Source: the human T2T-CHM13v2.0 reference genome, Homo sapiens. From it: a stretch of DNA of 64,000 nucleotides. The stretch is taken from NCBI RefSeq assembly GCF_009914755.1, contig NC_060930.1, one strand, 5' to 3'. Positions 29,591 to 41,350 of this stretch are shown piece after piece (position 1 is the first letter of the stretch; every line of letters starts with the position of its first letter). A program made the position numbers and the translations under genes. The notes beneath the pieces were generated by a model. It had not been told where the DNA came from. It saw nothing but the letters and a program-made list of their open reading frames with translations, and did no database searches.

Positions 29591-29883
29591 TTTTTTTTTT
29601 TTTTTTTTGAGACAGAGTTTTGCTCTTGTTGCCCAGGCTGGAGTGCAGTCTTGGCTCACCGTAATCTCCGCCTCCTGGGTTCAAGCAATTCTCCTGACTC
29701 GGCCTCCTGAGTAGCTGGGATTACAGGCGCATGCCACCACTCCCAGCTAATTTTTGTATTTTTAGTAGAGACGGGGCTTCACCATGTTGGTCAGGCTGGT
29801 CTCGAACTCCTGACCTCAGCTGATCTGCCCGCCTCGTCCTCCTAAAGTGCTGAGATTACAGGCGTGAGCCACCGTGCCTGGCG
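29591..29883 (-). mobile_element. AluS element
   Basis: Reverse Alu; TSD aaaagtttaatttt on both sides. Confidence 0.95.
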
Positions 29884-31644
29884 TAAAAGTTTAATTTTAT
29901 TTAGACAAGTTTTAGTGTCAAGTATATTTTATTAATCTGTAATTACTCGAAAATGGGAAATTTACAAACTGGAATACTCAGGCAATTGGAAAACATCTCC
30001 CTACACTTATTTGAAGATTTAAAAAATGTATTAGCTTCGGACTAGTTATTCTTGTTCTCTTTTACATATTTTTCTAATCATTCCTACTCATTTTCTCATC
30101 TTGATTTTTTTCTCTCCTCCTATCTCCTCATTATATCTCTTGCTATTTAGTTCAACATGAGATCTTTTACAACCAAATAGCTTGCTAGAAACAGCAATGC
30201 TTCATGGTAAACAGCGTGAGGGAAAGATGTTCTGAAATGGTTATATAAGCACGTGTGGCATCAACTACAACGTGAGGCACGTCATTTGATCAATGTATAA
30301 ATAGCAAGTCGTAAATGATTCTTTCCACTCCTGAGCAGCCTGGCAGTAGCACAGAAGGTAAATGCAAATGGCCTTCCGCTCCTTTCCCGTGAATAAGGAG
30401 ATAATCCCACCAACATAGGCCTTGGCAGCAGGAAGCGCAGCAGGAAATTCATGTGAATTTCTGAATTCTGAGAGAACTAGTTACCCATCGGCTGTAGCAA
30501 AAATCAAGAACAAAATTCAAAGGAAAGAATTCATGATGGTTAATACAGATAAAACCTATGCAACTGGGTTACACACTTCATGAGGCCAAACACTTAAATA
30601 TGCATTTAGCATAAAATGTGTTTCTGCCGAGGGCCATGGAGGCCTCCAAAAATGCTACTTTCACCCAGGGCCCCTCAGGAGTCTTTACCTTCTCCGTTGT
30701 TTCCTATATTAATAACAAATTCCTTCTACTAATTTACCAAAACATAATCACTGCAGTTAAAAGGCAGCGCTGCCAAATATTTGACCATAAAATCATATGG
30801 AAAGTAGTGGTAAAGAAATAATGTTACCATGTTTTCATAAAATTCATCCTACCAACAAATATATGCATATACAATTATTACATTTATTATAGAGTTATAA
30901 CAGAATAGTTTTTAAAACTGGAAAGCCACATGTAATAAATAATATACCTTTCCTAAAATCAGTACTTATTTCTGTCTTTCTTTTTTGAATCCTCACTTCT
31001 TTAAATTACTATCTGCATATTCTGGATTTTAGCCTGGGAGAGTATTATGAGAATGAGAAGTACAAAGAAAAAGAACAAAAGTATCCTTAAACCTACTAAA
31101 TACCCTGAAAGGATAAAAAGAATGATTGCAGACAGATAATATATTTATTTTTTTCAACGAATGAAATAAATTTAATCCTATTTATCCCAGTTTACTATCT
31201 CAAATAGACTGGTAAAACTGAAAAAGCATTTCTACTATGTTTTGAAGCAAATTTAAAAGTATTATTATATTTTCCAAATATACATCCTATTAAGACATGC
31301 CCATATTTTTCACATATAGCCATTTAGCATAATTTCAACAAGTCCAAAGCTGCTAAATATACCATATGTGCCCATTTATTCTAATGAACCAATAACACAA
31401 ATACATTACCAGATTCATGCCCCTCTGCTCAGAAAGTATCACTAGCCTGTAGCTGCTGAAAAGCTGTTCCATCTCAGTCACCCACTCCACCATCATCCGA
31501 CATGACCTATCCTGCTCCTGGCCAGAGGACCTTTTCAACATTGGATTCCAATTCCTCATCTAGGCAAAAGGTATATAACATACTTATCCTCAGGCAAGCT
31601 TCTTGTACAGAGTGAATGAGATAAAATATGTGTGTCACAACGCC

Positions 31645-32000
31645 TTTATCTGTGTCAGAGAAAATCCAAATCAAACTGGCTTAAACAATGAAAGAAATTG
31701 CTTGGCTCATATAACTGAAATATCTCAAGGTAATGTGGACTTCAAGCTCAGGCTGATCAGGGCTCCAATCTCATTTCTCTGTGGATTTCCCAGCTCTTTC
31801 CTCTCGTGTGTTGGCACCATCCTTAAGCTGGGTAACTTATGGTCACAGATGGCTGCAAAACCGCAAGTCAGGACTCCACGTTTCCATGTTTCTCCACAGC
31901 CACTGGGCAGGGATCTCAGGTTACATCCTATTTGACCATCTTGGGCCACATTCTCAACCCTGAGCTCATCCCTGTGACCAGGAAAGTGCCATGGGTAGGG
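31645..32000 (-). mobile_element. Old MLT1J/K-like LTR remnant
   Basis: cagagaaaatccaaatcaaactggcttaaacaatgaaagaaattgcttggctcatataactgaaa. Confidence 0.55.
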
Positions 32001-33599
32001 CACACACGCCCAGGATGCAGATCTCCCTGGGGCCAAACAAACTTAAAAACAAAAAGTTTCTCTAAAAACAAGGTAGGCTTGGCTTTCTCCAACTGCCTCA
32101 TCCTCTAATTGCACAGAAGAAATACTGTGAATGAATAAGGCATCCAACCCATTCTCCAACACCCCTTTCCCAGGCCTGTTTGTTCTTTTTCCTCTTATTT
32201 TTCCTCCGTCGTCCAACATCAAGATGCAAGGGCCGCAATCTGAGTGTGAGGGCCAGGGAACTCACTGACCATCTGGGGGGGCTCTAGGAAAAGCCTGGAA
32301 GAGACTCTCTGTGGGAAGCTCAGGGGAGTCAAGCCCCTTGACGAGGTGTGTGATGTGGGCAGGTGTGATGGAAGAAAAGAGACTGGGACTTGTCCTTTCT
32401 GGCTTCTCAGTGGTCTGCTCAGAGACGTTTATCCTCCTTGCAGCTGGTGCATGAGTGAAACTCTGAATTTGTAGTTTTCCTTAGGAGAAAGATGGCATGC
32501 ACCCCTGGGTCACCTGGCAAAGCTATAACACACGGTGGCTCCTGCAGACCCCTGGCTCCCCTCGCGGGCTTGCAACCAGGCACTCTTCCTCTCTCCCTCC
32601 ATGACAGACCAGGGCGAGGAAAGGAGAAATGATGAGCTCTGAGCTGGGGCCTTGCTGCCCGACTGCCTCCACTAATCCTGCTCATCTGACCGAGGTCAGA
32701 CACTGCTTTGCAGAGCCCGTGGGCTGTGCTCCATTTATCACTCTGTCCGGGCGTCTGTTGTTACCCATGCTCGGGTAGGAAAATGCTGAGTGAAGGTAAC
32801 AGGACTGTGCAGTTGGGAAGCTCATCTCCTCTTACATTTGGATGTTTTCCCAAGTGGCCACTGCCAAATTTACTCCACATCAGCCTCTCTCTCTCCATGC
32901 CCTTGACCTGTCCTCCTCCCTCTGGCCCTGCGCACTACGTCCCACTTGTTTCTTGACTCTTCTCCACTCTTCCCCTTCTCTTGTCTTTCTTCTTCCTGCC
33001 TCTTCTCTCCCCTCTCCTCCTGCCCTTTAATTATTGTTTAAAAGACAGATGCTTGAGCAGTGTTTCCCGGACCTCCCAGAGAAAGCTGACCCAGAGGACA
33101 CGGAGCTATCCATTTGGGTGGACTTTTCAGGGCCTTTCCCTGTATTTCAAGTCCTTAGTTAAAAGCACGTGTCTGAATTTTCTAAGTTAAGGGGGGAGGT
33201 TTGATTTAGTGATCAGAAAAATTTCCAGTCCTGAAACATGCCTGCTTTTACCTGGAATCCTTCACTTTCAGTGGCATTTGCAGTTTGACATGAATGCTTC
33301 CGGTGCTGCATTTCATAGACCTGCTGATTTGTAGCTCAGCCTGTCGCCACCATTCAGGCGGCTGGGGTGCAAGAGCTAGGAGCAGTGCTGCTGAAAGTCT
33401 TTAAGACTTCAGTGAAGCAAACAGATTGCAGTATAACGAGAAACATGGAGTTTTTTCAAAACAATTTTGTCTACTGCTGAAATTTGCAAAACACGTCACC
33501 GAAGGAGTCTCAGGTTGATCCTGTACAGAGGAGAGCTCTGACCTGCCTCACTAACCCACACCCTGAGCTACTCACCCTGCTTCACGGTCACGCCTGTTT

Positions 33600-34330
33600 C
33601 TAAAAGGTAGCTCAGGCTGAAGATCTAGGAGTCATCTTTGATTTTTCTGTCATGTATAGTGTGTCCAGGCTATCTGCAAGGCCTGTCCACCCTGGTGTCG
33701 GATGGCAGCTCCGAGAGCTTGCTAGCTCAGTTTCTTCTCTGCCAGCCTTCAATCTAATTGCACGCATCACCCAAAGGATCCTTTTAAATTGAGATATGAT
33801 CCCATCACTCCCTTATGTGAAACATTAGGGCTTTCCACGGCCTTCAGGACACAGTCGGGCTTTCCACGGCCTTCAGGACACAGTCGGGCTTTCCACGGCC
33901 TTCAGGACACAGTCGGGCTTTCCACGGCCTTCAGGACACAGTCGGGCTTTTCACGGCCTTCAGGACACAGTCGGGCTTTCCACGGCCTTCAGGACACAGT
34001 CGGGCTTTCCACGGCCTTCAGGACACAGTCGGGCTTTCCATGGCCTTCAGGACACAGATTCCTCCCCAAGGCCCCAAGAGCTTTGGGCTCTCACAGCCCA
34101 CCCCATCTTCCCCGTCTTTCTGGGGACACTGACTTCTGGCAGGTGCCAGATGAGGCCAAAGCCCAGTCAGCTCAGGAACCAGGCTTGAGCCACATCTCCC
34201 CCAGAAACTCTGCCCCACACCCTCTAGGGGCCAATCACCTCTTTCATTCAGCCCTGCGGAGATGTCTCCCTGGACTGCCCTCTCAAACACTGTCCTCCTC
34301 TGCCACTCATGGCTCCCTGCCATGCCTTAC
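33600..34330 (+). mobile_element. L2 LINE remnant hosting a minisatellite
   Basis: ctaggagtcatctttga..., ggatccttttaaa..gatcccatcactccc..., tccctggactgccctctc resemble the L2 3' region. Confidence 0.55.
33828..34057. repeat. 29-bp minisatellite, ~7.9 copies
   Basis: gggctttccacggccttcaggacacagtc starts at 33828 with period 29 through 34031; 2 substitutions in total. Confidence 0.97.
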
Positions 34331-34709
34331 AATTTGTGTATGTTTGAGATCAGTACATTTTTCTATGTAGACTTGATTTGTAGACAGATATAGATGCAGC
34401 CGAGCTTCCTACGCCTGTCGGAGGCTGAACATCTGGCTCTGGAATGCCATGTGGACATCTAGTGAACACCTCGAGCCCTCTATCGTAATACCTCGAGCCC
34501 CCATTCCCAGAAGGACACTGGGACACAGCTGTGCTGCCCGGCCCACTTCCTACCCAGGCCCCGAGGGCAGGTGTTCACCTTCTGTGACCAGGCCCTGCCC
34601 TGCCCTGGCCCCTGCCCGTGTCCCTCCCACACTGAGGCCACAGCCCTGCCTGCGTCCTGTCTGCTGCATCTTCTACAACATGCTATCTTCCTCAAAGCTG
34701 AACTGACCA

Positions 34710-35150
34710 GAATATTTGCTTTGTCTTGCTGCTGTGACAAATTCCACAAATTCAGTGGTTTGAAACACAGGGTTTTCCCTCCCAGTTCTGGAGATCGGAA
34801 GTTCGGGATCCATTTTGCTGGTGTTGGCAAGGCCGGTCCCTCCGGTGACTCCATGTCCAGCCCTGGGGGCCACCTGCGTTCCTTGCTCCTGACCCTTCCT
34901 CCACCCCTGTAACCTCTGCCTCCCTGTCACACCCTTTCCCGCTTCTGCAATCAGACCTCCTCCGCCTCCTCTCACGAGGACTCTTGTGATTACATTTAGG
35001 GCCTCCCCAGATTATCCAGGAACATCACGCCATCTCCAGGTCCTTAACTTGATCGCACCTACAAAGCCCATTTTGCCACATATGGGAACAGCTCCAGGTT
35101 CCAGGCTTAGGCTGTGGCTTTCTCGAGGAGACATTATCCAGCCTTCCACA
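34710..35150 (-). mobile_element. MLT1C/D-like MaLR solo LTR
   Basis: gctgctgtgacaaattccacaaattcagtggtttgaaacac...ggactcttgtgattacatttagggcc...cattatccagccttccaca. Confidence 0.75.
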
Positions 35151-38100
35151 CCCACCAAGAACACCAGGGGTCTACACCTGAGCACCTGCGTCAGGGCTGG
35201 TTGTGGGGCTCAGCCGGATGAAGCCCAGGTCCCGACTAGTCCTACTTTATTTCCTGCCATTGAAATCCCAGCAGGATGTGGCCGCATTGTTCATTAGCAC
35301 CTTTTTTCAGAAGTTCAGTTCTGATAATTAACATTCCCTCTCAGCTGACTCATCTGACTGGGAAACAAGCATAGATAGATGTTCCACTGGGGGCTGAGCC
35401 ATGCGACTCCCGTACCACACACCAGAAAGAACATCGTGTCTCACACTCCCAGGCTGGCCTTCCAGCCACCGTGGACTCCCTGTGCACAGTATTTTGGTCA
35501 CAGGTCACAAAAGCAAAAAGGAAACGTAGAGGAAGAAGATGTAGAATAAAGGGAGGAGTAAGAAAAGCATTTCTGAAGATGATTGAAGATATCGGAGGGG
35601 ATGCCTTTTTCTTTTTAATGAAAGGAAGCAGTGGACAAAGGCCAGGCTGACCTGCCCAGTCACATCGGAAGGACCTGCTGACCCCCTGGGGCCCCAGAGA
35701 TGCCCGGCCTTTCCCGCTTGAAACACAAACCTGCGGCGCACAGGCCAACGGTGCCCACACACCGTGTGCTCGCTCCGCTCATACCAGGCAGGAAACAGCA
35801 AAAGCAAGAGCTGGGTGCAGGTGCTGGAATGAGATATCGATGGTCTCCGGGACCTCTCTCCTTATCCCCGCTCTATCCTGTCCTGGACCATCTTGAACAT
35901 CAGAGAGGGAGAGCACACCCCCCCAGGATGGGCGCTCTGTCCCCTGTGCTGCCTGTGGGGTCTAGACACCATTGAGGACTTGCCCACTCAGCGCAGGACT
36001 CCCGCCCACTCTTTGCCCTTTGTGAACAAGGGGATGGATCTGCTGCATTTGGGAGACATCTCCCTGCATACACAGGCCTCACTGCAGTCATTCTCATTCA
36101 ATGGAATTCAGCCTAAATGACGACGCTTTTTAGACACCCAATCCCTGTAACAGCAGTCCCTGCGCTAGGCCTCTACCGTGTCTCTTGCCGTACCCTGCCA
36201 CCCACTGTGTGTGGGTGCAGGGACGCAGCCTCAGTGGGGAGAAGGTGCCAGTCAGACCACACCCCGGCTGACCTGCCATGCCACCTGAGAGCCCCCCAGC
36301 ACTCTGGAGTTTCATTTATTACGGGTCAGACCCTGTAAGGCAGATGTTATACTAATTTTACAGAGAAGAAAATTGAGCCTCAAGAAGTTCCCATTGGTGA
36401 CCTTGCCAAAGTCATATGAGTGCCACATAGCAGAGCCAGAATTCACAACATGGGGGCTACCTCCAAAGCCCCAACCCCGACGCATGGATCACAGGCAACA
36501 GCTCCCCTCACCAACTGCAGGAGAAATCACCACCACCACTAACGGGACCCGCCCTGCTCACCAGCAGCAGCTCTCATGCCTGCCTGAGGCCATGTCAACC
36601 GAGTCGCTCCTGTCCAGCAACACGTGTTCACATACATGACGGTACAGTTGCGGACAGCTCCGGTAGGTGCATGGCGCACCTTCTACAGCCTAGGGACAGC
36701 CAGGCTCAAGAGAGGAAGATGAACATGCAGAACCCCCGACCCTGACTCCGGAAAATGGCTCCAAAGGCTCTCAGCTGCAGGTCCATCCTTCCCATCCATC
36801 CTCCCTCTGCCAGGCCAGAGCCCAGGCCCACAGCTCTGAGCTGCATGTGGGTGTCAGGCCAGCTGGGGAGCAGGGCCTGATGGCCACATGTGGGTGTGGC
36901 AGGATTTTTGCCCTAGAGACCTGGGCTCACACAGGGGCAGTGAGCCCACTGTGGTGCCCATGGGGGGCTGCCCAGCAGGAGCCACAGTGCTGACCTAGCC
37001 CAGAGCCACCAAGGCCCCTGACAACAGGTGCCTGACTCTCCTAATCTAAGGTGCGCCAAGGCCCCTAACACCCAAGAGGAAGAGGAACAAATGAATGTGG
37101 GAGAAAGAACTGAGCCCAGAAGGTTCATGGGTCCAGGTACAGGAGAGCCCTTGACAGAAGCCCGGCTCTGCCTGACAGAAGGTGCCGGGCGCCCGCTCCA
37201 TCGTGGGCCGAAGGCAGTCACAGGCTGGAACGTGCAGAGGGAAGTCATTCATCACAGAAACTCAGCGTCAGGAATCAAAGACTTTAAATCTCACTATAAA
37301 TCTCTATCAGCAATGTCACGAAGGCCATCTTCCTAGAATAAAACCTATTCTAGAAGCAACAGCTTTTAAAACAAACATCCTTATTGACTTTTCCTGTTTT
37401 TCTATTTCTTAAAAATTACCAGCATTAATACATGTGGAAATCTGTGCATTTTAAAAAATGTTGATAGTTTCTCAATCTTTTAAGATATTTTGTTGCTTTT
37501 AAAAATTTTTAAGTAATCAAAGTTGTTCGGGGATTTTTTCCCAAAAATGTTATTGTAAGATAACACTAGATCAGCTATATTGTGAGCCTAGATTAGACAT
37601 TTTTTCTACAGAAAATTTTTCAAGGCCAAACAGTAGTTAGTAAGAAACCCAATGCCAGCACCACCTCATGCTGTTATGTGGTTCTCTCGTGGCTTCTGAG
37701 TAATTTGACTTACGCGACGGTTTTAATGACCTCCTCCTCCATTGGCGTCAGGTAAGCACCACTTTTTGTCTGCATTTTAACCCTCTACACCCAAGTCCTA
37801 CTGATAATTTAGGCACGTAGTGAATAGTCAGTCCATGGCTAATTCCTAAGATAAAATGTCCTAAATGACCTCCAAGGACTTTGTACATATTAACCTAGAA
37901 GCTGCGAATTACATGGAGAATGGCCACGCATGGCTCGGGGGCAACGGTCCCGCAACAGCCACAGCTGTCTGTGGCTGCCAAGCAAACGCCAAGTCCAGCC
38001 TGCGGCACCTTCCTTCTGCACAAGCTTCACCAGCATTTTTAGCGGCACAGACCACAAATCAGCCCGAGGTTTTCTGTAAATTCACACACAGCAAAGAAGT

Positions 38101-39062
38101 ATTATGGGGTCCAGGCTGATGACACCATTGGGGAGAACCCATGTGCTCTGTCCCGGATGGCTGAGAGAACGTGAAGCTCTGCAGACTCGGAGCCTGGCCA
38201 TGCAAGGGGACCTGTGATTCAGGACACTTCTTAAAACTCCAGAATATACCACTGTGGGTGACCAAGCCTTGAAACTCCAGAATGTTCCCACCATGGGTGG
38301 CCAAGCCACATCACAGGGAAGAAACCTTCAATGTGCTTTCTGTGCAGCACACTCCTCTCTTCTGTGATCTGAACACGAACCACCACCTCTAGGCTAGGAC
38401 TCAGATGCAGTGAGCTCCACTATACCCACAGTCACATACGGACAGTAACTTCTCTTCCCGAATCCTGTCTGGATCCAAGTGTCCCTGGGCCAGAGTCTCC
38501 CTAAGAGACAGCCCTGAGTCCAAGCCCCTGAGAAGCTCAGGGCCATGCAAAGCAGGAGGCCTGGGTGTGGAAGGGGTATGGGTAGGGCCTGAGAATGGAC
38601 TGAGGGGCAGACAGTTCAGGGAAGGGAAGATCACTGGGGTAGAGAGGTGACCTGGAGGGAGGTCAGCGTGGGCAGGGGTGAGACCAAGGAAAAGATTGAC
38701 CATCACTAGAAGATCAGGCTCACAGGCAGTGAGAGGCCTTGGCTGAGTGGGAGGTGGAGATAGTAAAATGAAAACACGGGCACTACTCTATAACTCCCAT
38801 GGCAATTCGGGCAAATGCCCATCACCTCCGTTACATCCAAGCTTCGGGAGGGTAGGACGAGCGTCTCAGACGTACATCTCTTCTCCTGCCTCACGCACAC
38901 AGAGTGATTGTGGCCAGCTCATTTTAGCAGGTCACACTCCCTTCCCTCCATCAGTTGTTGTTCTGCTGTCATGAGCCTCGACACCGCAGTACGACGTGCT
39001 CAGGAAGACATCAGGACAGAGGTCTAGACGCTTACAACCCTGAGAGACACACTGGACGCTGC

Positions 39063-39246
39063 GCGCAAGAGCCCTGTGCATATGGACTCCGATTGACGCC
39101 ATCAGATTCGCCCACAAGCCCTGTGCGTATGGGCTCCAATCGATGCCATCAGATTCGCGCACCAGCCCTGTGCATATGGGCTCCCATCGATGCCATCAGA
39201 TTCGCGCACGAGCCCTGTGCGTATGGGCTCCCATCGATGCCATCAG
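39063..39246. repeat. 47-bp CpG-containing minisatellite, ~3.9 copies
   Basis: gccctgtgc at 39071, 39118, 39165 and 39212; unit gcgcacgagccctgtgcRtatgggctcccatcgatgccatcagattc. Confidence 0.93.
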
Positions 39247-41309
39247 CAAAGTTTTTTCACTTCTTTGTTGGGTTGTACTCTACAAGGACTTGACTGAGTC
39301 ACACATCATAATCCATGCGTTTTCTTTGTTAAGATCTAGAAATAAGAGACAGACCCAACCTCATGCTGTGTCTCGGGTTCTCTGGAATGAAGGCAGTCAG
39401 CTATAGTCACCACTTTGATTCCCGCAGCCCGTCTGTTCAGTCCCTGAAGTGATGAGAAACCAAGAAGAATTCAAGAAGTCAAAGGTGTTCTAAAAATAAA
39501 TGCTCTTTTGAAAGTTGTTTTGTTTGTCTGTGTTTCTTTCCTTCGCTATGTTCAAAGTCAACCAATCAACAGAGTTGCTTTAGCAAGTTACAGGCAAGAG
39601 GGCTTCTCGTAGCACCTTTGCAAGCATAGTGTAGAACGCAGCAGTCTCTCCAGGGCTTGACCCTGTGACAGAGAGCCCAGGGCCCCAGGTGCCTGCAGGA
39701 GCTGACGGCCATGTGGCCTGAAGTCTTAAGGCTCGTGGAGGGCCTGCAGAGCCCCTTGGGCTTCCTGCCTCCTCCCAGCCTTGCCCGGCTCCCAGCTTTT
39801 CTCACACAGAGTCCTCTCAAAGCCATCTTCTCTGCTCCTCTTGTGTTTTACCCACAGTTCAGAACAAGAGGCTTCCTTGGTTTTTCACCCTCAGAAAGAT
39901 TGTCCACATGATATTATGGATGTAAAACTATTTGGAAGCTAATACGATATCTGACCTTAGTTCTAGAGAACTAGTTGCAATTATCCTGGGCTGAGAGCAT
40001 TAAAATTGGGACCTGTGCGAGCTTCTTAAGTAGTCGCTAGGGCATTTCTACCATAACAATTCCAAAACAAAGTCATTCAAAGTAAAATCCCCCCACTCCT
40101 CCTGTTATAAATTTGGCCTCACAGTTTAATGAGTAAAAGCTGCAAGCCCACAGGCCCTTGGCAGGATGTGTGGCCAAGATGTCTTGGTGCAAAGAATGTT
40201 ACCGTGCACTTCGAGTGCAGAGACTGCTCTCCACAGCAGGCCCCAGGCTTGCATTCTGGCTAATGTCCATCTGAAAATTCAGATTGTGAAACTACAGCAT
40301 ACGAATCATTCCACAGGTATGAGGCCTGTTTTTCTTATTTGTCAATCTCATTCAAGCCTTTCTTTTCTTTGGCAACAGGAGGAAATACACTGGCCAATAC
40401 CTAAGTACTAATCTTTGATTCATTTTTTAAAAATCTTGCTAATTTCATACAGAAGACAGAATAACTGAAAGAAGAAACAATTCTTTTCTCTAAAAGGCTA
40501 GATAATTTCTACCAGTGCCTTCTCCTTTCTCCCAACAGTCCCCACTCAGCCATTCCTTGTGGGCTGATGCCAGAAACAGCGTGGAAAACAAGTCTGTTTT
40601 CCAAGAGGGGCTATTACCACGAATTATGTTTAAAATGACAGCATCAAAGATTAAACCATCATTGTATATAAACTTAACATAGCTATAACCTAGGAAAAGC
40701 TAGTTTCATGGTGATAATACTAATTAGAAACAGATGTGTATTCAAAGGGGCAAGGAAAGAGGCTGGCAGGAGAGAAAAAACATTTTTCCCCCATAATGTA
40801 GTGCAAGAACCTTTACAGATATGGTCTCACCAAAGTCAGCTTTGTGCAACACCACGGATGCCAAGTGCAAGCTGTCCTGACAAGGCACATTTCACTGATG
40901 AAGCATTTAATAAATTGCAGATAACCCTTATTACAGGGTTACCCCTATTTTGTAGCTGGGGAGACAGGTGCTCAGAAGGATTCAGTGGTTTGGCAAGGGA
41001 GACAGCAAGAACACTAGGGCAGTGTGAGGTGGCTGGGAGAAGGGGCAGCCGGCAAGGTCAGGCACTTCCCACGGCAGGAGACTGGCACCGAGCAGGGGCA
41101 GGAGGGAAACAGGGACACCACCTGCTCCATGCCTGCAGAATCCTACCTCCACGGGGCAAGGCAAGGGCAAACCACCCAGCCTGGGGAGCTTTGCACACCA
41201 AGGCTCATAGAGGAAGACTGGCTAGGGAGCATTCGCCGAATGGAATCAGGTAGGGCTCTCATATCAGTAGCATTCTTGGGAACACCCTCTGACTGATCTC
41301 CAGGAACGC

Positions 41310-41350
41310 ATGCAAATGACTGCATAACATATGCAAATGACTGCATAACA
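41310..41350 (+). promoter_or_regulatory. 21-bp tandem duplication carrying two perfect octamer (ATGCAAAT) motifs
   Basis: ATGCAAATGACTGCATAACA at 41310 and 41331. Confidence 0.45.

Noticed and set aside
33789-34370. 193-aa ORF with repeats, and similarly 56308-56589 and 38955-39293
   Set aside because: These are translations of minisatellites
33828-39246. CRISPR-like arrays (the 29-bp and 47-bp repeats)
   Set aside because: Units are head-to-tail with no unique spacers, there are no cas genes, and the context is a human intron
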